A stretch of DNA of 64,000 nt from Candidatus Latescibacterota bacterium (GTDB lineage Bacteria > Latescibacterota > UBA2968), in assembly GCA_965198115.1 (NCBI GenBank), contig OZ240241.1, positions 224,001-288,000 on the forward strand. The letters are read 5' to 3'. The position numbers and the translations under genes were made by a program. This document shows, in pieces, positions 30,347-40,724 of the stretch (position 1 is its first letter; each line of letters opens with the position of its first letter). The notes beneath the pieces are model-generated. The model was not told the DNA's origin, did not search any database, and worked only from the letters and a program-made list of their open reading frames with translations.

Positions 30347-31717
30347 TTAGTGCACACCTCCATCGTCTCCCGAGCTTTCGATCTCTTTGAACCTGTGTAC
30401 GAGAATCACGGAGAAGGGCACGCAGCAGAGGGCGATCAAAAAGACGCCTCGATAGCCGATCAAGGTTGCCGCTATGCCGGCAAGTATCGGGAAGGCCCCC
30501 TGAAGTACACCAAGGGTATTCATGAAGCTCGTATAAGTGGGTCTGCGATCCGGTGGCGAAATATCCAGGACGAGCGCCGTGCGCCCTGTGTAATTACTGC
30601 TTGAGGCAAACGCGTCGAATACGAACGTCAAGGTGAAGAAAAGCACATCTGTCCGGATGGCGGATTCGATACCAAACAGTGTCAGAGGACGGACGTACTC
30701 TACAGGCAGGTAAGGCGTTAGAATCGGAATCGAAACTGAAAGAGCCAGCATATAGGTCCCATAGATCAGGAGAGAACGATTGCCTCGGCGGGGGGCCACC
30801 CAGGCCCAAAGCGCGTTCGACAGAAGCGAGCTAGCCTGTGAAATGGACACGAATATGCCTACAAAAACCGCCGCGATTCCAAGGGTCGAGATGGCATATG
30901 GCACGTAGAAAGACCTACCCACCTCAGCGGCCGCCCACGTGTAGCGAAGCGCGAAGAGTCTTCGATAGTTGGCGTCATCCTTCAGCAGTCTCAGGCCGCT
31001 CGCCATATACGCACGGAAGGGCTCTCGCTTCCGCCTATTCTTTTCGATCGGTTCGCGAATCAGAGAGAAAATGAGCGAAGAGACACCTGTGACCGTACCG
31101 CCTATCATAAACAACACACCATATGAACCTGGAAATCCAAAGCCGCTTTTCTCACTCAACACATAGGAGATGACGCCGCCGGTTCCGATGGCAAGGCCCC
31201 CACCCACGAGACGTGTCATCGCGAATACACGGGCGCGCTGTCTACTGGGTATGGTTTTCCCAACTACATCCATCCGCGGTACGTTCGTGGCCCCCATCAT
31301 CGATGTGGTCACGGCATACATCGCGAGAAACACGACAAACAAACTGGTGGCTTCGACGCCTGCCGCGAACCACAGAACAATTCCGATCCCTACCGTGACC
31401 GCGCCTCGAATGAGCTGCACATAAACAAGAAACGGCAACTTCCGGGGACGCTCTTCAATGAGGTGGGAAATGAAGATCTGAGGCCAGGCCCATCCTACCC
31501 GCATCAGGGCCCTGGCGAGGCCCACCATTACACTTGAACCGGTTAAGGTCTGGATGAATGCGGGGATGACCGTCTCGGAACTGGCAAACCGGTAGCCGGA
31601 CTCGCTTAGGCCACCGTTCAGAATAACCAGACGGGAGTTGCGTTTCACTTCCGCCGCATCTCTATCGTGCTCAACCTTGGACGCGTCTGGTTCCATGGGT
31701 TCAGTTGCAGGCTTCAA
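30347..31717 (-). CDS. MFS transporter
   Basis: About 12 TM pattern, MDVVGKTIP..RARVFA, DRRPTY. Confidence 0.85.
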   Translation of the reverse strand: MKPATEPMEPDASKVEHDRDAAEVKRNSRLVILNGGLSESGYRFASSETVIPAFIQTLTGSSVMVGLARALMRVGWAWPQIFISHLIEERPRKLPFLVYVQLIRGAVTVGIGIVLWFAAGVEATSLFVVFLAMYAVTTSMMGATNVPRMDVVGKTIPSRQRARVFAMTRLVGGGLAIGTGGVISYVLSEKSGFGFPGSYGVLFMIGGTVTGVSSLIFSLIREPIEKNRRKREPFRAYMASGLRLLKDDANYRRLFALRYTWAAAEVGRSFYVPYAISTLGIAAVFVGIFVSISQASSLLSNALWAWVAPRRGNRSLLIYGTYMLALSVSIPILTPYLPVEYVRPLTLFGIESAIRTDVLFFTLTFVFDAFASSSNYTGRTALVLDISPPDRRPTYTSFMNTLGVLQGAFPILAGIAATLIGYRGVFLIALCCVPFSVILVHRFKEIESSGDDGGVH

Positions 31718-31829
31718 ATTTCAAGTTCCAAGTGGTTGCCTGGATCACGATGTAACCCTCATACGAACTTGGAACTGCATTCCAAGTGCGGAGCCGTCGC
31801 ATCTCGTGTCCGCGAGCCCGAAGCCCCGC

Positions 31830-32080
31830 TGCGGACCTCCTCGTCATCGACGGCAGCCACGGCCACCGCTCCTTGATCTCCCCGTAGATGTCCACAGTCG
31901 CAGCGTGGACGTTGTCTCCCACGTCATCGAAGCCGAAGATGTGAGCCATGTCCGCCATTCCCACCGCCTCGAATCGGGGCAGAGCCACCGCCAGCGTGTC
32001 GAGCATGTGCTTCTGTCCCTTTGTGGCGCGTAACGCAAACTGAACCAGCACACCGAGCCACGTTGGCGTCAACCACGCCC
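31830..32080 (-). pseudogene. Gene fragment, possibly from a glycoside-hydrolase-like barrel
   Basis: Coding-like LPRFEAVGMADMAHIFGFDD..YGEIKERWPWLPSMT without an evident start or end. Confidence 0.3.
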
Positions 32081-32087
32081 GGCATCG

Positions 32088-32999
32088 CTACGAAGCGCGA
32101 AGGTCCGCGTCCCAACGATAGAGGTAGACCGGGTTTCCCTGCTGAGCCAGCCCCCAGTTGATGCCCTTCCCGGCTTCGATATCGTCGAAAGCGTCCGGAC
32201 AGTAGACACCGGCGTCGAGAATGTGGCCGACCTCGGCGCCGAGCTGGAAGTCGAGTCCGTCTTCGCTGTAGGCCAGGCAGTTCCGATCCACGACCCCTGC
32301 TACGCCTTCCCGGTGCGGCCAGACGCAGCCGGTGTGCCAGTCCGCGTGACAGACCGGCGTGGTCTGCGCCTTCTCGAACGGTCCCGTAATTTTCCCCGCC
32401 GTTGCCACGCCCAGCCAGCACTGACTCGTGTCCGAGCACCGTCCCTTGTAGTAGAGCCAGTAGTTTCCGTCCCGACGGATGATGCACGGATCGTCCATCA
32501 GGATGTGATCGAACCTTTCCGCCTCCAAAGACGGGCTGAGGACCGGTTCATCGGTGACGTATTCGAACGGTCCCTCGGGTCGATCAGCCGTCGCGAGTCC
32601 GATGTGTTTCTCCGGCGGGATGAGGAAGACGTCTCTTCCGTGAAGATCGGTTTGGGCACTGAAAAAGAGATAATACCGGCCGTCATCACCCGGTACCATG
32701 TGCGGCGCGTGTTTGCCCCGCTCGTGCCACGCCCCGTGGGGGCTCGGCGTCAACACGTTCCCGTGCTCGGTCCAGTGGTGTCCGTCCTCCGACGTCGCCA
32801 TCCAGATTTCGAGGACGTTCGGCGCGTGTACGTCATCGCGATGCAGCCCTGCCTGCACGTGGGAGTACCACACGTGATACCGGTCGCCGATCTTCAGGAT
32901 GTTGCTCGGATCCCAGCGCACGACACCGTCACCCTCACCCAACCCGTGAGCCGGACTCCTGTCGATTTTTACCGCTTTAAGCTCGGTGGGAATCAGCAT
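32088..32999 (-). CDS. Five-bladed beta-propeller glycoside hydrolase (GH117/GH43-like)
   Basis: RWDPSNILKIGDRYHVWYS, ATSEDGHHW, IGLATADRPEGPF, MDDPCII, YWLYYKG. Confidence 0.8.
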   Translation of the reverse strand: MLIPTELKAVKIDRSPAHGLGEGDGVVRWDPSNILKIGDRYHVWYSHVQAGLHRDDVHAPNVLEIWMATSEDGHHWTEHGNVLTPSPHGAWHERGKHAPHMVPGDDGRYYLFFSAQTDLHGRDVFLIPPEKHIGLATADRPEGPFEYVTDEPVLSPSLEAERFDHILMDDPCIIRRDGNYWLYYKGRCSDTSQCWLGVATAGKITGPFEKAQTTPVCHADWHTGCVWPHREGVAGVVDRNCLAYSEDGLDFQLGAEVGHILDAGVYCPDAFDDIEAGKGINWGLAQQGNPVYLYRWDADLRAS

Positions 33000-33134
33000 T
33001 TCTTCCCTCAGTTCCTTTCAGCTCGCGTGATGGTTCCTCTTTGTAAGGTCACGGCATGCCATGACCCTACCCTCGTATCTGAGAGGTAGTCGCCGCCCCT
33101 TTCAGCGCACGCGATTTCGTCGACGGGGGTCGCA

Positions 33135-33941
33135 TCAGTCGCTGAGACACACCCGTTCCCGTTTGGCGATTTCCTTGGTGTGGGTGTAGTGCTCGGATTC
33201 GAGCAATTCCTGCGTTTCGGGCGCGAGCCGCTCTTTGACCGCCTCCGGAATGGGGCCGGCCTGGCGGTGGTGTGGTCGGTAGCGCAGAGTCAATACGCGC
33301 CGTTGGCGGTCGGCGGGTTTCCACGGCAGTACCCCGTGGGTCACGCATTCGGGCATGACCACCACATCCCCGGCCGCGGGCGTGATGTTGAGGACCCCCG
33401 GCGGTACCTCTCCTTCGATGAGACCCTGGGAAAACAGCTGACGTGGCCGGTCGAACTGGCTTTTATGCGAGCCTGGCAGTACGAGTATCCCGCCATCACC
33501 GGGATGTACATCGTCCAGGTAAGGGAACACCACGAAATCGTCGCAATAGATACGGTCGTGTCGTACCTCGTAGCGGGCGCTCTCGAAACCGTAGTCGTCG
33601 CGGGCGCAGTGCAGCTGGACCGCTTTGGTGTGTCCCTGGGGATCGTCGAGCATCATCGTACCGCTGACGAGCATCGGTTTGCCGTTGGTCAGTTCCAGCA
33701 CAATGGGCCAGACCGCGGGCAGAAAGACCAGCTTTTCCAACGCCCGGTCGAAGGCGAAGCCGTGAGAGAAGCCTTTCTCCTCTTTTGATCCTTCGAAATG
33801 CTGCGGCCGGTCTTTCGGCGCGCTGTCGATGTAGCGGTTGGCGGCCTCCGAAGCCGCTTCCAGCTCCTCGGGGGTGAGGACGTTCTTCAGGTGCAGAAAA
33901 CCGAATAAATCGAAAAGATAGCGCTGTTCATCAGTCATCAT
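33135..33941 (-). CDS. Phytanoyl-CoA dioxygenase family protein
   Basis: MTDEQRYLFDLFGFL, LHC, DGGILVLPGSHK, AGDVVVMPECVTHG. Confidence 0.88.
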   Translation of the reverse strand: MMTDEQRYLFDLFGFLHLKNVLTPEELEAASEAANRYIDSAPKDRPQHFEGSKEEKGFSHGFAFDRALEKLVFLPAVWPIVLELTNGKPMLVSGTMMLDDPQGHTKAVQLHCARDDYGFESARYEVRHDRIYCDDFVVFPYLDDVHPGDGGILVLPGSHKSQFDRPRQLFSQGLIEGEVPPGVLNITPAAGDVVVMPECVTHGVLPWKPADRQRRVLTLRYRPHHRQAGPIPEAVKERLAPETQELLESEHYTHTKEIAKRERVCLSD

Positions 33942-34189
33942 CGCGATTGGACTCCGTGAAACGCCGGCCTGCTGCGTGGCGGTGCCTCCGAGACTCCGGC
34001 TTGAGAGGTCTTCAAGGGGGAGGGATAGTAGCAAGCGTGTGGGAAGGAGGCAAGCCGGTTCAACCTGTCACCGCTGGCGGTGGTCTGACCTGCGACGAAC
34101 AGGTCACGCTCGCTGTGCCTCACGGTGTCCCGCCAGGTTTTGACTGAATGAGGTTCGGTCCATAGGTTTTCCCGGTTAGCTACCGCCGG

Positions 34190-35014
34190 GTGGTTCCTGT
34201 CCACCATCCCGTGCCCGAGCAGAATCTGCCCCAAACGACGGGACCTGGTTTGACTCATACCCTTGAAGCGCACTCTGAATTCGCAGCCAACGGTTACATC
34301 GTCATCCCGAATGCGCTGACCGCGGAGGAGCTCGTCACGATGAACGACGTGGTGGACCGCGACCGAGCGCACTTTCCTCGTCTGTGGCAGAATCGGGGTG
34401 GCGGCTGTTTCCATTCGGTCAGCATCCTCCTCGACGAACCCGTGTTCGACCGATCCATCCTGAACCCGGCGACGCTACCCGTCGTTCGGGCGCTGATGGG
34501 TGAGGACCTCTGCTTCGAAGAACATTCCGTGCGGATCCGGGAACCCATCCCCGGATCGGCTCCGGATCCGCACTGGCACCGCGACATTCAGCACGGAACG
34601 GGTCTCCCGCTTTATCTGCGAAACCTGTCGCTCATCTACTATCTCACCGACGTCGACGAGACAACCCACTGTTTCAGCATCGTACCCGAGTCGATCGCGG
34701 AGAAGAAGTCGGCTCCCGAACACCGCGATGGAACGAACGCTGTAGACATCCACGGTCCGGCCGGTACAGCCATTCTGTTCAACGCCGCCAACGTCCACGA
34801 CGCGCGGCAACGTACCACCGAGCGTGAGCGACGTACGATCCACATCTACTACGGCCATCGAGCGCTGCCACCGCTCAGCGTCCACACCATCTTCCCCGAT
34901 CGGTTGGTCAACCATCCCGATCCCGACACCAGTGCCCTCTTCGAGCGTCCCAATGAAATCACCGAGCGGGTGCGACGCGGAGTGGCCAGCGGACAGACGG
35001 ACAGTGTTCGGTGA
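34190..35014 (+). CDS. Phytanoyl-CoA dioxygenase family protein
   Basis: FAANGYIVIPNAL, WHRD, YYLTDVD, GPAGTAILFNAANVH; start uncertain. Confidence 0.85.
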   Translation: MVPVHHPVPEQNLPQTTGPGLTHTLEAHSEFAANGYIVIPNALTAEELVTMNDVVDRDRAHFPRLWQNRGGGCFHSVSILLDEPVFDRSILNPATLPVVRALMGEDLCFEEHSVRIREPIPGSAPDPHWHRDIQHGTGLPLYLRNLSLIYYLTDVDETTHCFSIVPESIAEKKSAPEHRDGTNAVDIHGPAGTAILFNAANVHDARQRTTERERRTIHIYYGHRALPPLSVHTIFPDRLVNHPDPDTSALFERPNEITERVRRGVASGQTDSVR

Positions 35015-35272
35015 CCATTGACAGATGACAAGTGACAAAGACAGAGCAGAGATCAGGCGGGAAGGAAGGGCTCGGCCGCGGTCGAGATTGCTGATGTGGG
35101 GACATCTAAGGTACAGACCGGAGCGCTCTGCCAGATTCGCAAGTAGACTCCCACCTCGTTGACGATCCGGAAGATACGTCGGCGAGATCACTCATCCGAA
35201 ACGCCATGCCGATTGGCCGGATGCTGGTCGTGCCCAACAAGGCAGAACAGAAGACCTGTTGGAGTAGATCGA

Positions 35273-36532
35273 TTGACAATCCATCATCAGAACTGGTCGG
35301 GCCACACACCCTTCAACGCCGTCCGCTTTCACGAGCCGGCAACCGTTGCCGATCTGCGGGAAACGGTCCGAAATGCTGACCGGGTTCGGGTCATCGGGTC
35401 GCGTCACTGCTTCAACGACATTGCCGATACGACCGGCGACCTGATCTCATTGAACCGTCTCGACGACGACCTGGTCATTGACCGCGAGCGCATGACGGCT
35501 ACGGTCAATGCCGGCATCACCTATCGCGAACTCTGCCCTCGACTACACGCGGCCGGCTATGGGCTGCATAACATGGCTTCACTCGACCACATTACGGTCA
35601 TCGGGGCCTGCATGAGCGCGACCCACGGCTCGGGCGACGCACTCGGTAATCTGGCGACGGCGGTTTCCGGACTGGAAATGGTTACCGCTAATGGCGATCT
35701 GATCACCTTCAGGCGCGACAAAGATGGAGATCGATTCTTTGGCGCGGTCGTCGCGCTCGGTACGCTCGGCATCGTCACTCGAATCACGCTCGACCTGGTA
35801 CCGTCGTTCGCGGTTCAACAGCACATATACCAGAAATTGCCACTGACGCAGCTCTACGAGTCCTTTGACGCGATCATGGGTTCGGGCTACAGCGTCAGTC
35901 TCTTTCCCACCTGGCAGGAAGACGACATTGAATCGCTATGGATCAAGCAACAGGTTCCTGAGGGCGTTGGTGAGCGATCGGCAGAACCTTCGTTCTACAA
36001 CGCGGCTTTGGTGGACGGCCACTTCTGGAATGACCCGCCAGACCGCACCTGGACGCCGGTGGGAACGGTGGGGCCCTGGCACGAGCGCTTACCTCACTTC
36101 ACCTTCAAGGACGCACAGCAGGAAGGGAACGAGCTGCAGAGTGAGTATTTCGTGGCGCGTGGCAACGCAGTTGCTGCGCTGAAAGTCGTCGCCGGCCTTC
36201 GCGATCAATTGGCCCCCATCCTGGGTATTTCGGAGATTCGCAGTGTCGCCGCGGACAAGCTCTGGCTGAGTACCGCGTATGGGCACGACGTGGTCGCCAT
36301 CCACTTCAACTGGCACAAAGACTGGCCCGGCGTGAAGGATTTCCTTCCTGTTCTGGAGGAACAACTCGCCCCCTTCGAGCCGCGACCCCATTGGGGCAAG
36401 CTTTTCGAAATGGCGCCTGCCCGAGTACAGGCCCGCTATCCACAGTTGGCCGAATTCCGTGCCCTGGCGTTCGACCTCGATCCCGATGGGAAGTTCCGCA
36501 ATTCGTATGTCGACAGATACATCTTCGGCTAG
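35273..36532 (+). CDS. FAD-linked alditol/xylitol oxidase (ALO family)
   Basis: NWSG, GSRHCFND covalent-FAD His, ATHGSG, WHERLPHF, ELQSEY, RPHWGK, DPDGKFRN. Confidence 0.88.
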   Translation: MTIHHQNWSGHTPFNAVRFHEPATVADLRETVRNADRVRVIGSRHCFNDIADTTGDLISLNRLDDDLVIDRERMTATVNAGITYRELCPRLHAAGYGLHNMASLDHITVIGACMSATHGSGDALGNLATAVSGLEMVTANGDLITFRRDKDGDRFFGAVVALGTLGIVTRITLDLVPSFAVQQHIYQKLPLTQLYESFDAIMGSGYSVSLFPTWQEDDIESLWIKQQVPEGVGERSAEPSFYNAALVDGHFWNDPPDRTWTPVGTVGPWHERLPHFTFKDAQQEGNELQSEYFVARGNAVAALKVVAGLRDQLAPILGISEIRSVAADKLWLSTAYGHDVVAIHFNWHKDWPGVKDFLPVLEEQLAPFEPRPHWGKLFEMAPARVQARYPQLAEFRALAFDLDPDGKFRNSYVDRYIFG

Positions 36533-36641
36533 GCCCTGCTAAGAAGTCGCATTCCCTGTCGGATCGTGAAACCATGCCGCAAGACCGTGTGGGTCGGTCG
36601 GCGTGGATCAGCGCGGCTGCGGAAGGGCGTTCGCCGGCTCT

Positions 36642-37745
36642 TCAGGGCTGCGGCCCGACGCGCACGTGACTGTTGTCGGCCGGCCGCTCTTTAAGCTGTG
36701 AAGCGGCGGAAACGTACCACTTGGCGTCGGCGATCTCATCGACCTGGCCATCGGCGCGGTGGCGGACCAGCGCCTGTACCGACGGCGGCAGCTGCTCGAA
36801 GGTCTCCTGCGGCACCCGCGCACCGTTGGCCCCCGCGAATCCCCTTTGCCCTCGCGAGAATTCGAGGTTGAGCCACCAGGGCGCGTAGATCACGACCAAC
36901 CCGATGCGCGGGATGGGTCCGGGGTTTGCGGCTACGGAGTGCCAGCAGCGCGTGTCCTGAACGTAGACGGAGCCGGCGGGCGCGGTGATCTGGACCTCGC
37001 CGGGGATGGGCGCTTGCTGGTTAACGGGGTCGAGTACGCCCCGCGGGTTTCGAGGGTCGCGGTGCGAGTAGGGCACGGCCCACGTACCCCCCGATTGCGG
37101 CGAGGCGTCGTCCAGATACCACACGGTAGACAACGCCATTGTCACGTCGGGGAAGGGCTGGGCGATCGCGCCCGAGTGCGGGCCCGCCGTGAGGTCGTGG
37201 GGCCAGTCGGAGTGCCATTCTCGATAATCCGGTCGGTCATCGTTCGGCGGGCGGACGGTTCCGCCGACCGCCTCACACTGTGCGATGCGCACGTGTGGGT
37301 CGAGGAGACCGCGCGCTACGCCGACCATGCGCTCGTCGCCGAAATAGGGGGCGAGCGAAAGCAGGTGAACCATCTGCGAGATGCCGGGTGGGGTGCGGGG
37401 GGTCGCTTGCTCCCTCCAGTCTGGCGCGTCCAGCGCGTCCCATTCCGCTCTGATGATGTCCGCCGCCTTCACCACGTCTTCGCGGATCGCGGCCACCCGG
37501 TCGGGTGGGATCACGTTCTCGATCACCGTGAACCCCTGCTCCTTCACCCGCCCGACGTGCTCCTCGATCTCTTCGCTTACTTCGGCGGCAGGAGCCGGCG
37601 CGCCGGTCGGCAGAAGCTCACCCCCATCATCGCCGTCCCGCTCGTCAGCCATGCTCTGCAGGCGTTTGATGTAGGCGGGCGAAAGGGTATCTCCGGCCCT
37701 GTCGATGAGCCCGCCTGGTCCTTCGAGTGTCATGTCAACCTCCAC
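36642..37745 (-). CDS. Phytanoyl-CoA dioxygenase family protein
   Basis: EQGFTVIENVI, WHSDWP, GGTWAVPYSH, AGSVYVQDTRCWH. Confidence 0.88.
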   Translation of the reverse strand: MEVDMTLEGPGGLIDRAGDTLSPAYIKRLQSMADERDGDDGGELLPTGAPAPAAEVSEEIEEHVGRVKEQGFTVIENVIPPDRVAAIREDVVKAADIIRAEWDALDAPDWREQATPRTPPGISQMVHLLSLAPYFGDERMVGVARGLLDPHVRIAQCEAVGGTVRPPNDDRPDYREWHSDWPHDLTAGPHSGAIAQPFPDVTMALSTVWYLDDASPQSGGTWAVPYSHRDPRNPRGVLDPVNQQAPIPGEVQITAPAGSVYVQDTRCWHSVAANPGPIPRIGLVVIYAPWWLNLEFSRGQRGFAGANGARVPQETFEQLPPSVQALVRHRADGQVDEIADAKWYVSAASQLKERPADNSHVRVGPQP

Positions 37746-37953
37746 ATCGTTGTGACGGCGCGGGGCTAGAGCCCAGCGCTACGATTACCAAGCCCGCTTC
37801 CACCTTCGCGGCTGTGCCGCTTCGGCGGACACAGATAGCGGGCTCATCCAACAGCATCTATGACTGAACAAAGGAACCGTCTGTCATCCCGGCATGCTGC
37901 TGAGCCGGGATCCATTTTCGCGCTTATGCGAGCCTGCCCCAAGCGCTCAGTTC

Positions 37954-38004
37954 ATCCAACCCTATGAGCACGGGCCAAACCTCGGCCACGTATAGTCGTT
38001 AGTT
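37954..38004 (-). other. Short attC-like site
   Basis: AACTAAC-gacta-tacgtggccga..ttggcccgtg-ctcatagg-GTTGGAT, 5 nt after the stop of 38010-38771. Confidence 0.45.
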
Positions 38005-38009
38005 CTAAA

Positions 38010-38771
38010 TCACCGAACTGATCGTTCGTAGACTTTCTCACGCTCGCGTCCCAGGCGTCCGGGGACGAGCCGCTGCATGGCTTCCGGCATGCGTGCGTAG
38101 GTCTCGGGCCAGATCGGCTGGTGGCCTCCCTCGATCCAGTTGTTAAACCAGCGCGGATAGTAGGCGATGTTGAGGCCCACGCGGATCTGGTTGCTCGTAT
38201 TCGGCCGGGCCTGATGGAACAGTCCGCCGTGCCACATGATGACCGAGCCGGCCCGGCCAGTGACCGGCTTGATCAGAGGGCTTTCAGGCGTGATCTCCGG
38301 TGGCGGGCGCTTGAGGCGCGACCGGTGGCTCAAGGGCACCACTCCAGTGGCCCCGTTCTCGATCGTGAAGTCGGTCAGCATCCAGATGGTGTTGATCATC
38401 CAGGGCACGTCGGGCACCTCGTTGAATTCGCCCGCCGAATCGACGTGCAGGTGCTGACCGGGGGCATCGGGCCAGGTGGGCTTGGAACACGCCTCGACCA
38501 CCCGGCAGTGAGGCCCCAGAAAGTGGCGGGCGATGGCCAGGACATCGGCGTGACCGGCGCAGGTCCAGACCCGGTCGTCCAGATTCAGCAGGCCGAACAG
38601 CGTCTGGTAGTGCTGGTCGCCGGTAATATATGACGCCCACTTGGCATTGGCGTGCAACTCCAGGCATCGCTGCCCGAGACTCTGCGCCAGGTCTTTCGGA
38701 ATACGGTCTCCCAGAAGACAGTAGCCGTAGGTCTTCAGGTGTTCGACCGCCCCTTTGATCTCATTATTCAT
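38010..38771 (-). CDS. Phytanoyl-CoA dioxygenase family protein
   Basis: TYGYCLL, LHVD, WMLTDFTIENGAT..PLSH, AGSVIMWHGGLFH. Confidence 0.9.
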   Translation of the reverse strand: MNNEIKGAVEHLKTYGYCLLGDRIPKDLAQSLGQRCLELHANAKWASYITGDQHYQTLFGLLNLDDRVWTCAGHADVLAIARHFLGPHCRVVEACSKPTWPDAPGQHLHVDSAGEFNEVPDVPWMINTIWMLTDFTIENGATGVVPLSHRSRLKRPPPEITPESPLIKPVTGRAGSVIMWHGGLFHQARPNTSNQIRVGLNIAYYPRWFNNWIEGGHQPIWPETYARMPEAMQRLVPGRLGREREKVYERSVR

Positions 38772-38836
38772 GTTAATGAATGTCCACGGCAGAATGGGCG
38801 CATCGATTTTTCAGCGTCCAGGGCGTCGATACTCAT

Positions 38837-39748
38837 CTAGTCGTCAGGATGGAGCACGCTTTCCGGCGACAGCACTTCGTAGGCGAGGCGCCCGATGTTG
38901 CCGATGGCCTCCGTGCCTTGCTGGGACGCTTCGCGCGTGTCAGTGGTGGCCAGGGCGGCGATGCAAAGCGGTCCCGACGTCAGGTAGATCACGCCACAGT
39001 CGGCCTTGATGCGGCCGCGGCCGCCTTCCTTGCGAGCCACTTCGATCTCTGGCTCGAGGAACTGGCGGATGCGATCGGGATTCGTCGACTTCTTCATCAT
39101 CTCGATCATCTGGGCGCAGGCGTCGGGGCTGACGATCTCACGCTTGTGCATCATCTCCATCAGGCGGCCCAGGTCGCGGGCCGAGGCGACGTTGTTGTCG
39201 AGTGAGCTTGCGAACGGCAGGTCGCGGTCGCCATCGCCGGTAAGCTTGCCAGCCCTCATCAGTTCGTCGTTCTGGCGCGATGGCGTCACCGTGATCCCCT
39301 GCATGAGATAGTGCCAGACGCCGATCGACATGGGAAAGCGAGTTTGGTGGAAGCCGAGGTCGTCCATGGTGGCGTTGATGGCTTCGCCTCCACCGACGAG
39401 GCCGTGCAGCGTGTCCGTGGCGACGTTGTCGCTGACCGCCATCATGAGCCGGCAGTAGTCGCGAACTGTGAGCTCTGGTTCGTCCTGCGTCCAGCTGAGG
39501 ACACCGGTACCGTGAGTAGAGACATCCTTCGGGACGTGGTGGCGGGCGTCGAGGGAAAGCTGGCCGCTCCCGGCCTGGCGAAAGACCTCGATCAGGCAGG
39601 CGACCTTGATGGTGCTGGCCGTGGGCAAGGGTTCGTCGGCGTTGTACTCGTGACTGAGGCCGGTGTTGAGGTCCCTGATGTAAAACCCGACACGGCCCGG
39701 GACGGCCTGGGCCACGGCGTCCATTTCGGCAGTTGGGAAGGAGGGCAC
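38837..39748 (-). CDS. Serine hydrolase, class A beta-lactamase-like fold
   Basis: ASTIK (SxxK), SDN, ARKEG (KTG variant). Confidence 0.85.
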   Translation of the reverse strand: MPSFPTAEMDAVAQAVPGRVGFYIRDLNTGLSHEYNADEPLPTASTIKVACLIEVFRQAGSGQLSLDARHHVPKDVSTHGTGVLSWTQDEPELTVRDYCRLMMAVSDNVATDTLHGLVGGGEAINATMDDLGFHQTRFPMSIGVWHYLMQGITVTPSRQNDELMRAGKLTGDGDRDLPFASSLDNNVASARDLGRLMEMMHKREIVSPDACAQMIEMMKKSTNPDRIRQFLEPEIEVARKEGGRGRIKADCGVIYLTSGPLCIAALATTDTREASQQGTEAIGNIGRLAYEVLSPESVLHPDD

Positions 39749-39797
39749 TCCGACTCCTCAGTGGCGGTCACTGGGGACTGAACTGTCCATCTCTCAC

Positions 39798-39925
39798 CTA
39801 CAGATCAGCGAGCGCAAAACCGAGCTCGACGAGCCTGATGGTCGCCATTTCGTTCGGTGTGAAAGCTGCCGCAGCGGGAGGAAACCGAACGTATTGAAGT
39901 GCATGACATGGTCATAGCCGAGCAT
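39798..39925 (-). pseudogene. Internally deleted PhyH-family gene (start joined to end)
   Basis: RBS ggagg, MLGYDHVMHFNTFGFLPLRQL..TPNEMATI..LVELGFALADL* in 128 nt. Confidence 0.55.
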
Positions 39926-39944
39926 GGCTAGCCCTCCTGCGGGC

Positions 39945-40454
39945 CTATCGGTTTTCGCCGTTCCTGTCCATCACTTGCTGGACGGGTGGGGGTGGGAAAG
40001 CTCCATCCGTGTGAAGAAATTCATCCAGAAAGGTCTGCAGTCTGTTAAGTAGGTAGTGTGCCTGGGTGAGCGTGATGCTCTTCTCTTTCAGTGCCTCCCC
40101 GAAATCCTCGAGATCTATCATTCTGTAGGCGTCCAAGCCTGGCTCGACCAGGACGTCGATCTCCTTGTCTACGATTTCCCACGCGTCTTCTTCACCTGGT
40201 TTTCTCTCAGCAGTCACTAGGTGTATGACCCACTCGGCTGTGGGGATGGTCGGCCAAGGGCGGTGAGCCAGCATTGCACAGTAATCCGGCATGACATAAA
40301 AACGAATACACCTGCCATCGTTAGATCGAAAGTCGAAGATGAGTATTCCACCATCGCGGAAACCCGAATGGTCGCTTCGGTGAGACTCGTTGATGTACGT
40401 GATCTGGACTCGGGTCATTTCAGGATTTCTGGTTCCAGCCTCCCGATTGGGCAT
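39945..40454 (-). CDS. Hypothetical protein, DUF402-like
   Basis: WVIHL..VDKEIDVLV..YRMIDLEDFGEAL acidic motif. Confidence 0.5.
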   Translation of the reverse strand: MPNREAGTRNPEMTRVQITYINESHRSDHSGFRDGGILIFDFRSNDGRCIRFYVMPDYCAMLAHRPWPTIPTAEWVIHLVTAERKPGEEDAWEIVDKEIDVLVEPGLDAYRMIDLEDFGEALKEKSITLTQAHYLLNRLQTFLDEFLHTDGAFPPPPVQQVMDRNGENR

Positions 40455-40724
40455 GACGTATATGGTGTTCAGATCCGATTTCGCACCCTGCGGGGTTGAA
40501 TGTACCGGGCTGGGGGGGCGGAAATCAAGTTAGGGGACACGACCTGTCTACTCTTTATTGAAAGGCAAGCCGTCAATCTCGATCACGACGCTCTCTCCGC
40601 ATGGAATCCTGTCGACGGGGCGCGACGCACAGCACTCTTTACACTGGGGGCTGGGTACCGCGTGATTACCCTGGTGGATTGCTCGATGGTCAAACCGATC
40701 GCGCAGTAAGTGGGGGACAAGAGG

